From Candidatus Methylomirabilia bacterium (GTDB lineage: Bacteria; Methylomirabilota; Methylomirabilia; Rokubacteriales; CSP1-6): a DNA stretch of 64,000 nt. Positions within the stretch are counted from its first letter, which is position 1; each line of letters starts with the position of its first letter. Below, piece after piece: positions 9,143-17,866 of this stretch. The translations under genes were made by a program, and so were the position numbers. The DNA is taken from contig JBGQEL010000015.1 in assembly GCA_041496385.1 (NCBI GenBank), forward strand, positions 1 to 64,000, given 5' to 3'. The notes under the pieces were generated by a model. That model was not told the origin of the DNA, made no database searches, and saw only the letters and a program-made list of their open reading frames with translations.

Positions 9143-10210
9143 ATGCCCGTCACCCGCAGACAGTTCCTCGCGACCGCCGCCGGCGCGGCGCTCGCCGGCC
9201 GCCGCGCGAGCCCCGCCCGCGCCCAGGCACTCCGGCCGATCACGCTCGCGCACAGCGTCTCCACCTTCGTCTACGGCCAGCACCTCGTGGCGAAGGAGAA
9301 GCGGCTGTTCGAAGACGAGGGCGTGAGCGTTCCCGGGTTCGTCGTCCTGGGCGGCGGCGCGCGCGTGGTGAACGCGGTCACCGCGGGCCAGGCGCTGTTC
9401 GGTCTCGGCGACTCGAACCACCCGCTCAAAGCGACGGAGAAGGGCCGCGAGACCGTCATCCTCTTCGCGACCGACACGCGCTGCAGCTACGCCAACATCG
9501 TCGTCCGCAAGGATCTCTGGGACAAGGGCGTGCGGAGCGTGGAGGCGCTCGCCGACGCCAGGCTCGTCGGGCGCAAGGCGCTCGTGGCGATGACGTCGCC
9601 CGGCTCCGGCACGCACGTCTACGGGACCTACGTCCTCAAGCAGACCCGCGCGGCCGACGGCAAGCCCGTCAACGATCACGTCGAGTGGATCGGCGGCGGC
9701 GCCTCGACGACGATGCTCGGCGGCCTCAAGGCGGGGAAGTTCGACGCGATCATGGCGGTCCCCGAGTGGCAGTTCGCCGCCGAGAGCGAGGGGTTCGGAC
9801 ACGTCCTCTACGACGTGCAGGACGAGAAGGCGTGGACCCGCGTGTTCGGCGGCCCGATCCCCGTCACGGTCGGCTACGCGCTCCGGGAAACGCTCGAGAA
9901 GTCGCTCGACCTCGTGCAGGCGTACGTCAACGCCTGCTACCGCGCCCAGCAGTGGATCCGCCGCGCCAAGGACGACGACATCGTCGAGCTGCTCCACAAG
10001 CCGTACATGGAGACCTTCGCGCGCGGGGACGTCCTCAAGTCCGTGCGCTACTACAGGACGATCTTCGACTGGGACTTCATGATCGACGAGAAGCACTACG
10101 CGAACGGGCTCCGGGTGTTCATTCCGATCGCGATCGACCAGCCCGTGCCCTTCGCTCGGGCCGTGGACCTCTCGTTCGTCCGGAAGGCCCAGGCCAAGTA
10201 CCCGTCCTGA
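9143..10210 (+). CDS. NitT/TauT-type ABC substrate-binding protein with Tat signal
   Basis: TRRQFL twin-arginine leader; followed by ATPase and permease. Confidence 0.88.
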   Translation: MPVTRRQFLATAAGAALAGRRASPARAQALRPITLAHSVSTFVYGQHLVAKEKRLFEDEGVSVPGFVVLGGGARVVNAVTAGQALFGLGDSNHPLKATEKGRETVILFATDTRCSYANIVVRKDLWDKGVRSVEALADARLVGRKALVAMTSPGSGTHVYGTYVLKQTRAADGKPVNDHVEWIGGGASTTMLGGLKAGKFDAIMAVPEWQFAAESEGFGHVLYDVQDEKAWTRVFGGPIPVTVGYALRETLEKSLDLVQAYVNACYRAQQWIRRAKDDDIVELLHKPYMETFARGDVLKSVRYYRTIFDWDFMIDEKHYANGLRVFIPIAIDQPVPFARAVDLSFVRKAQAKYPS

Positions 10211-10983
10211 GCGCGCGGCGCCCGCGTGTCGTCGTCCGCGACCTGGCGAAGATCTTCCGCGAGGGAGGGCGGGAGGTCCCGGCCGTCCGCGACGTCTCCT
10301 TCGAGGTCTCTGACAAGGAGTTCGTCGCGATCGTGGGCCCGTCGGGCTGCGGCAAGTCCACCATCCTCAACATGCTCGGCGGTCTCGTGGCGCCCTCGGC
10401 GGGCGTGATCGAGCTCGACGGCCGGCCCGTCGTAGGCGTGCCGCCGGGCGTCGGGTACGTCTTCCAGAAGGACACCGTGTTTCCCTGGCGCACCGTCGCG
10501 CGGAACATCGCCCTGGGCCTCGAGTACCGCGGCGTCGCGGGCGCCGAGCGGGAGCGCCGCGTGCGCGAGGGCGTCCGGCTGGCGGGTCTCGAGGGGTTCG
10601 AGGACGCGTTCCCGGCGACGCTCTCGGGCGGCATGCGGCAGCGCGTGGCGCTCATGCGGACGCTCGTGGTCGATCCCGAGATCCTCCTGATGGACGAGCC
10701 GTTCGGCGCGCTCGACACGCACACGAAGCTCGTCCTCCACGCCGAGCTCCTGAGCCTCTGGGAGGCCAGGCACCAGACCGTCGTCTTCGTGACCCACGAC
10801 CTCTCGGAGGCGATCACGCTCGCCGACCGGATCGTCGTGATGACCCGCCGGCCCGGCCGCATCAAGCTCGTCCACGACGTGCGGCTCCCGCGGCCCCGCG
10901 ACGTCATCTCGCTCCGCGAGACCGACGCGTACGCGCGCGAGTACGGGCAGATCTGGCACGCGCTGGGACAGGAGTTCAAGTGA
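10207..10983 (+). CDS. NitT/TauT-type ABC ATP-binding protein (probable CTG start)
   Basis: GPSGCGKST, LSGGMRQR, LMDEPF, VTHD. Confidence 0.93.
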   Translation: MSARRPRVVVRDLAKIFREGGREVPAVRDVSFEVSDKEFVAIVGPSGCGKSTILNMLGGLVAPSAGVIELDGRPVVGVPPGVGYVFQKDTVFPWRTVARNIALGLEYRGVAGAERERRVREGVRLAGLEGFEDAFPATLSGGMRQRVALMRTLVVDPEILLMDEPFGALDTHTKLVLHAELLSLWEARHQTVVFVTHDLSEAITLADRIVVMTRRPGRIKLVHDVRLPRPRDVISLRETDAYAREYGQIWHALGQEFK

Positions 10984-11795
10984 CCGAGCGGGCGCGCGTG
11001 ATCGTCTGGCGGCTCGCGATCCTCGCGGTCCTGCTGGCCTCGTGGGAGTGGCTCACCGGGATCAAGGCGGTCTCGAAGCTTCCCGGCCTCTACTGGCTCG
11101 ACCCGTTCTTCGTCAGCCGGCCCTCGGCGATCGTCCGGCGCTTCGTCTACCTCGCGTCCGGCCAGACGCGCCTCTCGATCTGGGCCATGGCCCTCTCGAC
11201 CGTGCAGGCCACGCTCTGGGGATTCGTCGTCGGCGTGTCGACCGGCTTCGCCGCGGGTCTCGTCCTCGGGCGCAACGACCGGCTCGCGCGCATCTTCGAG
11301 CCGTACATCATCGCCTTCAATTCGCTGCCGCGGATCGCGCTGGTGCCGCTGATCACGATGATCTTCGGCTTCGGGCTCCTCGCGAAGATCGTGCTCGCGT
11401 GGACCATCGTGTTCTTCATCGTCTTCTTCAACACCTTCCAGGGCGCGCGCGGCGTCGACGCCGACCTGATCCACGCGGCCCGGTTCCTCGGCGCCAGCGA
11501 GCGGCAGATCATGCGCACGGTCATCGTGCCCTCCGCGCTCGCCTGGACCTTCGCCGCGCTCACGCCGTCCATCTCGTTCGCGCTCATCGGTGTCGTGGTC
11601 GGCGAGTTCCTCGGCGGCGAGTCTGGCGGCGGCCTCGGCTACCTCATCATCCAGTCGCTCGGCACGCTGAACGCCGCGGACATGATGGTCGCCCTCGTCG
11701 CCCTCGGCGTGATCGGTATCGTGATGGCGCTCGGGATCAAGCAGGTCGAGGCGCGGCTCCTGCGCTGGCGGCCCGAGTACCGGAAGGGCGCGTGA
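10980..11795 (+). CDS. NitT/TauT-type ABC permease
   Basis: Multiple TM segments; PRIALVP; EAA-like AARFLGAS; VVGEF. Confidence 0.93.
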   Translation: MTERARVIVWRLAILAVLLASWEWLTGIKAVSKLPGLYWLDPFFVSRPSAIVRRFVYLASGQTRLSIWAMALSTVQATLWGFVVGVSTGFAAGLVLGRNDRLARIFEPYIIAFNSLPRIALVPLITMIFGFGLLAKIVLAWTIVFFIVFFNTFQGARGVDADLIHAARFLGASERQIMRTVIVPSALAWTFAALTPSISFALIGVVVGEFLGGESGGGLGYLIIQSLGTLNAADMMVALVALGVIGIVMALGIKQVEARLLRWRPEYRKGA

Positions 11796-12154
11796 CGCGC
11801 TGGACGCTCGCCGTCCTCGGCGGGCTGCTGGTCCTGGCCCTCGCCGCCGTCGCGCTCGCCAGGTTCCTCGGCCGGTCCGACTCCCGCGCGGCGCTCCTCG
11901 TCTCGGTCGTCGCGCACTGGATCGGCGCCTGGGTGCTCTGGAGCTTCGCCGGCGGTCTCGCGCTGCGCTCCGGCCTCCTGGAGACCTACCACGGCTCGTT
12001 TTTCGGTCTCGTGGCGCTCGCGGGCGGCGTCTGGCAGTACCGGGCGGCGGTGGCGAGCGGGCGGGAGCGGGGCCTCGTCGTCTTCGTGGGCGCGCAGCTC
12101 CTCTGGCTCGCCGCGGTCCTGCTCCAGAACGGGGTCTTCGGCGACGTTTGGTGA
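11792..12154 (+). CDS. small hypothetical membrane protein
   Basis: GTGA-coupled 120-aa ORF with about 4 hydrophobic helices. Confidence 0.65.
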   Translation: MTRWTLAVLGGLLVLALAAVALARFLGRSDSRAALLVSVVAHWIGAWVLWSFAGGLALRSGLLETYHGSFFGLVALAGGVWQYRAAVASGRERGLVVFVGAQLLWLAAVLLQNGVFGDVW

Positions 12155-12166
12155 TAGCCTCTCCGC

Positions 12167-15100
12167 ATGAGTGGGGAGGAGGCCATCCTCCTGATCGGCG
12201 GTGATCGCCGCGCCACGGAGACGCTGCGCGACTTTCTCGAGGGTGCCGGCCACGTCGTCGACCTCGCCCGCTCGGGCGACGAGGGCCTGCGGAAGATCCG
12301 CACCGGCGTGTTCGGGCTCGTCCTGCTCGATCTCGAGCTGCCCGACGCCGAGGGCGTCATGCGCGAGGCGCAGCGGCTCGACGCTCCCCCCGAGTTCGTC
12401 GTTGTCGCGGACGCGGCCGCGCTCGATGCGGCCCTCGAGACGGTCGAGGGGAGCGCGGCGGGGTACCTCACCAAACCCGTCGACGCGGCCCGCGTCGGCC
12501 GGATCACGCGGCGCGTCTTCGAGCGGCGCGGGCTGCTGCGGGAGAACGCGCGCCTGCACGCGCAGCTCGGGGACCGCCTCGCCGAGAGCGAGGCCCTCGT
12601 CGAGGTCTCGAGCACCGTCAGCTCCACGCTCGACCTCCGCGAGGCCCTCCGGCGGATCTGCCGCGCGCTGACCAAGCTTCTGGGCGCGGACACCGCGGCC
12701 GCGTATCTCCACGACCCCGGGAGCGACCAGCTCGTGCCCGCGGCCGCCTACCACGTGCCCCGCGAGTACCTGGCGATGCTCGCCGCGGCGCCGCTGCCGC
12801 TGCGCGAGCAGGGCTTCCACCTGGCGGTCTGGCAGGACCGGCGCCCCGTCTGGTCCGACGACGTCGCGCGGGACCCGCGCTTCACCCACGAGATGTTCCG
12901 GAGCTTCCCGCACCAGTCCGGGCTGCTGCTGCCGCTGCTGATCGACGACGCCGTCGCCGGCGGCTTCTACGTCGTCTGGTGGACCGCGCGCCGGACCTTC
13001 GCGGAGCGCGAGCTCCGCCTGATCGACCAGGTGTGTGAGCAGGTCGGGCTCCTGCTCCGCAACGCGAGCCTCTACGAGGAGGCGGAGCGGAATCGCCAGC
13101 GGCTCGAGGTCCTCAACGACGTCTCGCGCCAGCTCGCCGCGGTCCACGACACGGACGAGGTGCTCTCGCTGATCGTCAACGAGGCCGCCCGGCTCTCGAA
13201 GGCGGAGGCCGCCGGCATCCGCCTCTTCGACGGCGACGACCTCGTCGTCGGGGCGCGCACGGAATCGGCGGCGGCCCTCATGGTCCGGCCGCGCATCAAG
13301 CCCAACGAGAGCCTGAGCGGCCGGGTCGTCTCGAGCGGCGCACCCGTCGTCGTCGAGAACCTCGAGCACGATACGGTCTTCGACCCCGCCCACAAGCGGG
13401 GCGCGATCGACCAGGGCTTCCACGGGTTCGTGGGCGTGCCGCTCCGGAGCCACGGGCGGATCCTGGGCACGCTGAACATCTACACGAAGGGCGCGCGCCA
13501 CTTCCGGCCCGAGGAGGTCTCACTCCTGACCGCGCTGGCGGACCAGGCGTCCACGGCGATCGAGAAGGCGCGGCTCTTCCGCGAGACCGAGGAGGGCCAG
13601 CAGCTCCTCGCCCGCCTGTATCGCGCCGCGATCGCGATGCAGACCTCCTGGGAGCGGGACGACCGCCTCCGCGCCTTCGTCCACGCCGCGCGCGAGGTCG
13701 TCGGCTTCGACCGGGCGAACGTGTTCCTCCTCACGCCCGATGGGTCGAGCCTCGACCTGGTCACGGCCGAAGGCGACGAGGAGGTGCCCGCGCTGTGCCT
13801 GGCGCTCACACCCGGCGCCGGCGCGTACTATCAGGCGTTCGCCACCCGCCGCCCGATCGCGGTGCTGTCCGACGAGGACCTCGCGCGCGTGCCGCCGCTC
13901 GATCGCGCGTACCTGGGGCATGCCTATCTCAGGTCGAAGCGGTTCGTCGTCGCGCCGCTCGTCGCCGGCGAGCGGGTGATCGGCGTGGTGAGCGCCGACA
14001 ACAAGACGAGCCGGCGCCCGATCAGCCCGTCGAGCGTCGAGCCGTTCAGCACGCTGTGCCAGAACCTCGCGGTCGCCCTCGAGGAGACGCGGCTCTACGA
14101 CGAGACCCGCGCGCGCGAGCGGGAGGCGACGAAGCTCTACGAGGTCGCCCGCCAGCTCGCGAGCAGCCTGGACCGCGAGCGCCTTCTCGATCTGATCGTG
14201 TCGCAGACGATCGAGCTCACCGGATGCGACGCGAGCGGACTCTACTTCTACGACGAGGCCAAGGGCGGGCTCACCTTCCATCGCGGACTCAACCTCGACC
14301 CCGCCGTCATGCGGGACCTCGTGCTGAAGCCCGGCGAGGGCATCGCGGGCCGCGCGTACCAGGAGCGCCGTCCCGTCTGGACGCGCGACCGGCTCGCGGA
14401 CGCCGGGCTCCGCCACTCGACGGCGGCGCAGCCCCACCTCGACCGCTGGCAGGCGCGCGCCTACCTCGCGGTGCCCATCGTCAGCCGTGACGAGGTGTAC
14501 GGCGTGCTCGGGGAATACTTCTTCGCGCCGCACGACTTCGGCGAGAAGGAGATCCAGCTTGTCTCGACGCTCGCCGCGCACGCGGCGCTGGCCCTGGAGA
14601 ACGCCCGCCTGCTCGAGGAGACCCGGCGTCGCGAGCAGGAAGCCAACACCCTCTCGCGCGGCCTGGCGCTCCTGAACCAGGCGACGCGGGCCCTCACGCG
14701 GACGCTCGAGATCGACCGCATGCTCACGGGCGCCCTCGACGAGCTGGCGCGCGCCTTCGGCGCCGGCGGCGCGCTTCTCAACCTGCTCGACGCCGACGGC
14801 GAGATGCTGCGGAGCGTCGGCGACTGGCTCTCGGACGCGCAGCGCCGCGCCATGCCCGCGCGCCGGACCGGGATCACCGCCCACGTGCGCCAGACGCGGC
14901 AACCGCTGCTCATCCGCGACGTGGGGGAGCGGCGCGACATGGTCCACCCCGAGAATCTGGCGCGGGGGGTGACGTCGATCGCCGCCCTGCCCGTCGTCGG
15001 ACAGCAGGGACGGGTGCTCGGGGTGTTGCTGCTCTTCTACGCCACCCCCCAGCCGTTTCCGGAGACCGAGGTCCGCCTCCTGACGTCCTACGCCGACCAG

Positions 15101-16201
15101 CTCGCGACCGCGCTCGAGAACGCGCAGATCTATGAACAGGCCCAGACGCAGCGCGTCCGGCTCGCGCAGATCTTCGACTCGACCTCGGACGGCATCCTCC
15201 TTGTCGGGCGCGCCGGCGACATCCAGGCGCTCAACGGTCGCGCCGGCGATCTGCTCGGCTTCGACGCGGGCGGCGCGGTCGGCACGCCCCTGGCCGGCGT
15301 GCTCGGCGCGCTCGGCGAGTCGACGCCCGAGGCGGAGTCGGGGCTCGCCAACCTCCGCGCGCTGCTCGCCGACCCGGAGCGCGGCGGCGCGGGCGACCTG
15401 GACCTCCGCCGGCACGCGAGGGTCATCCACTGGGTGACCCAGCCGACGCGGGACGGTTCGGGTGCCGCGATCGGGCTGACGCTGACGCTGCAGGACGTCA
15501 CGCACGAGCGGCAGGTGAGCCAGATGAAGTCGGACTTCGTCTCGTTCGTCACGCACCAGCTCCGCACGCCGCTCTCCGGGATCAAGTGGATGCTCGAGCT
15601 GGCCGCGCAGACGCCCGCCATCGGGGAGGAGCTGATGAGCTACGTCCGCGACGCGAGCGACTCCGCCGAGCGGCTCATCGGCCTCGTCAACGATCTGCTC
15701 GACGCCTCGCGCCTCGAGAGCGGATCGCTCAAGCTGAAGCTCCAGCCGACGGACCTGGCCGACCTCACGCGGAGCGTGCTCGACGAGGTGACGACGCTCG
15801 TCCGCGCCCGGGGCCACCGGCTGTCGGTCGAGGGCGCCGAGACGGCGCCGCGCGTCCTGGCCGATCCCCAGCTCCTGCGCCAGGTGATCCTCAACCTGAC
15901 GTCGAACGCGATCAAGTACACGCCGGAGGGCGGCGCGGTCACGGTCCGCATCGGGTGCGCGGACGGCGCCGCCCGCTGGGCGATCAGCGATACCGGCGTC
16001 GGCATTCCCCGGTCGGCGCAGGCGAAGCTCTTCGAGAAGTTCTTCCGCGCGGAGAACGCGGCGACGATCGAGACGGAGGGCACGGGGCTCGGCCTCTACC
16101 TGGTCCGGCTGATCGTCGAGCGGCTCGGCGGACGGGTCTGGTGCGAGTCCGAGGAAGGCCGGGGCTCGACGTTCCTCTTCACGCTGCCCTTGACCGGGTG
16201 A
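12167..16201 (+). CDS. sensor histidine kinase (REC, 5 GAF, PAS, HisKA, HATPase)
   Basis: N-terminal LLDLELP; repeated GAF ends (A..ENARL); H-box VTHQLRTPL; NAIKY, DTGVG, GTGLGL. Confidence 0.92.
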   Translation: MSGEEAILLIGGDRRATETLRDFLEGAGHVVDLARSGDEGLRKIRTGVFGLVLLDLELPDAEGVMREAQRLDAPPEFVVVADAAALDAALETVEGSAAGYLTKPVDAARVGRITRRVFERRGLLRENARLHAQLGDRLAESEALVEVSSTVSSTLDLREALRRICRALTKLLGADTAAAYLHDPGSDQLVPAAAYHVPREYLAMLAAAPLPLREQGFHLAVWQDRRPVWSDDVARDPRFTHEMFRSFPHQSGLLLPLLIDDAVAGGFYVVWWTARRTFAERELRLIDQVCEQVGLLLRNASLYEEAERNRQRLEVLNDVSRQLAAVHDTDEVLSLIVNEAARLSKAEAAGIRLFDGDDLVVGARTESAAALMVRPRIKPNESLSGRVVSSGAPVVVENLEHDTVFDPAHKRGAIDQGFHGFVGVPLRSHGRILGTLNIYTKGARHFRPEEVSLLTALADQASTAIEKARLFRETEEGQQLLARLYRAAIAMQTSWERDDRLRAFVHAAREVVGFDRANVFLLTPDGSSLDLVTAEGDEEVPALCLALTPGAGAYYQAFATRRPIAVLSDEDLARVPPLDRAYLGHAYLRSKRFVVAPLVAGERVIGVVSADNKTSRRPISPSSVEPFSTLCQNLAVALEETRLYDETRAREREATKLYEVARQLASSLDRERLLDLIVSQTIELTGCDASGLYFYDEAKGGLTFHRGLNLDPAVMRDLVLKPGEGIAGRAYQERRPVWTRDRLADAGLRHSTAAQPHLDRWQARAYLAVPIVSRDEVYGVLGEYFFAPHDFGEKEIQLVSTLAAHAALALENARLLEETRRREQEANTLSRGLALLNQATRALTRTLEIDRMLTGALDELARAFGAGGALLNLLDADGEMLRSVGDWLSDAQRRAMPARRTGITAHVRQTRQPLLIRDVGERRDMVHPENLARGVTSIAALPVVGQQGRVLGVLLLFYATPQPFPETEVRLLTSYADQLATALENAQIYEQAQTQRVRLAQIFDSTSDGILLVGRAGDIQALNGRAGDLLGFDAGGAVGTPLAGVLGALGESTPEAESGLANLRALLADPERGGAGDLDLRRHARVIHWVTQPTRDGSGAAIGLTLTLQDVTHERQVSQMKSDFVSFVTHQLRTPLSGIKWMLELAAQTPAIGEELMSYVRDASDSAERLIGLVNDLLDASRLESGSLKLKLQPTDLADLTRSVLDEVTTLVRARGHRLSVEGAETAPRVLADPQLLRQVILNLTSNAIKYTPEGGAVTVRIGCADGAARWAISDTGVGIPRSAQAKLFEKFFRAENAATIETEGTGLGLYLVRLIVERLGGRVWCESEEGRGSTFLFTLPLTG

Positions 16202-16206
16202 GGCCC

Positions 16207-16593
16207 ATGAACGACACGGGAAAACGACTTCTGCTGGTCGAAGACGACCGCTTCCTGCGGCGCGCTTGCGAGGCGAGCCTCACGAAGCGCGGGTTCGCCG
16301 TGACGACGGCCACCGACGGCGAGGAGGGACTGCGCCTGGCCCGGAGCGAGCGCCCGGACCTGATCCTGCTCGACATGCTCATGCCCAAGCTCTCGGGGCT
16401 CGACGTGCTGAAGGCGCTCAGGCGCGACGAGGCCACGCGCGGGCTCCGGGTCCTCGTGCTCTCGAACTCGTCGCGGGAGCAGGACGTGCAGGAGGTCACG
16501 CAGCTCGGGATCGATGGCTACCTCGTCAAGTCCAACCTCTCGCTCCAGGCGCTGGGCGACCTCGTCACGCGCCTCCTGGGCGCGGCCGGCTAG
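16207..16593 (+). CDS. single-domain response regulator
   Basis: LLVEDD, LLDMLMPKLSG, YLVK. Confidence 0.92.
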   Translation: MNDTGKRLLLVEDDRFLRRACEASLTKRGFAVTTATDGEEGLRLARSERPDLILLDMLMPKLSGLDVLKALRRDEATRGLRVLVLSNSSREQDVQEVTQLGIDGYLVKSNLSLQALGDLVTRLLGAAG

Positions 16594-17159
16594 GTCCGGC
16601 TGCCGGGCTTCACGGCCTGGCCGCCCGCCGCGCAGAGCGGGCACGACTCGGGCGGCCACGTCGTCGCGCTGACCGTCGCGAGCGCCGCCCGCTTCACCGC
16701 GAACCGCGCCGCGCCGCCGCTCCGGTCGATCAGCGAACCGACGCCGGTGACCACGCCGCCCGCCTTCTCGACGCACTCCACGACCTCGCGCGTGGACCCG
16801 CCGGTCGTGATGACGTCCTCGACGACCAGGCACCGCTCGCCGGGCGCCAGCGCGAAGCCGCGGCGCACCGTCATCGCGCCGCCCTCGCGCTCGGTGAAGA
16901 GGCACCGGGCACCCAGCGCGCGCGCGACCTCGTGGGCGACCAGGATCCCGCCGATCGCGGGCGCCAGCACCGTCCGGGCTCCCGTGTCGCCGAGGCGCCG
17001 GGCCAGCTCGCGGCCGAGGGCCTCGGCGTGCTCGGGAAGCTGGAGGACGAGGGCCGACTGGAGGTAGACGTCCGAGTGGAGTCCCGAGGTCAGCCGGAAG
17101 TGGCCGCGCATGAGGGCGCCGGTCTTCTCGTAGAGGTCGAGCGTCTCGCGCTCCGTCAT
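16590..17159 (-). CDS. pyrE: orotate phosphoribosyltransferase
   Basis: GHFRLTSGLHS, VVEDVITTGGS. Confidence 0.96.
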   Translation of the reverse strand: MTERETLDLYEKTGALMRGHFRLTSGLHSDVYLQSALVLQLPEHAEALGRELARRLGDTGARTVLAPAIGGILVAHEVARALGARCLFTEREGGAMTVRRGFALAPGERCLVVEDVITTGGSTREVVECVEKAGGVVTGVGSLIDRSGGAARFAVKRAALATVSATTWPPESCPLCAAGGQAVKPGSRT

Positions 17160-17866
17160 GCGAGCTGCCCCAGTATCTCGTGCGCCGCGGCGGCGGGATC
17201 GGCGGCGGAAGTGATCGGACGGCCGACGACGAGGTAGTCGGCGCCGGCGGCGATCGCCTGCCGGGGCGTGGCGACACGGACCTGATCGTCCGCGCGCTCC
17301 GCCGGCCGGATGCCGGGCGTCACGAGGACCCAGCGATCGCCGAGGGCGAGCCGGAGCATCCGAATCTCTCGGGGCGAGGCGACACAGCCGTCCAGTCCGG
17401 CCTCGTGAGCGCGCTCGGCGAGGGCGAGCACGTGCGCCTCGACGCTCGCCGGCACCCCGACCTCGCGCTCGAGCGCCCGCCGGTCGAGGCTCGTCAGGAC
17501 CGTCACGCCGAGGCAGAGGGGCCGCGGCACCGCGAAGTCCCGCGCCGCCGTCGCCGCCGCGTCCGCCGCCGCGCGCATCATCGCGAGGCCGCCGCTGGCG
17601 TGGACGTTCAGCATGAAGACGCCCAGGCGTGTCGCCTCGCGCACGGCGCCCGCGACCGTGTTGGGGATGTCGTGGAACTTGAGGTCGAGGAAGACGCGCA
17701 GGCCTCGCTTGCGCGCGGCCTCCACCGCGGCCGGGCCCGCCGCCGTGAAGAGCTGCGTGCCGATCTTGCAGCCGGTGACGGCGCCCGCGAGCCGGCCGAT
17801 CAGCGCCTCGGCCTCGCCGAGCCCCGCGACGTCGAGGGCGACGAGGAGCCGGTCCTCAGGCGTCAC
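17156..17866 (-). CDS. pyrF: OMP decarboxylase
   Basis: [24 protein letters not shown]. Confidence 0.97.
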   Translation of the reverse strand: MTPEDRLLVALDVAGLGEAEALIGRLAGAVTGCKIGTQLFTAAGPAAVEAARKRGLRVFLDLKFHDIPNTVAGAVREATRLGVFMLNVHASGGLAMMRAAADAAATAARDFAVPRPLCLGVTVLTSLDRRALEREVGVPASVEAHVLALAERAHEAGLDGCVASPREIRMLRLALGDRWVLVTPGIRPAERADDQVRVATPRQAIAAGADYLVVGRPITSAADPAAAAHEILGQLA

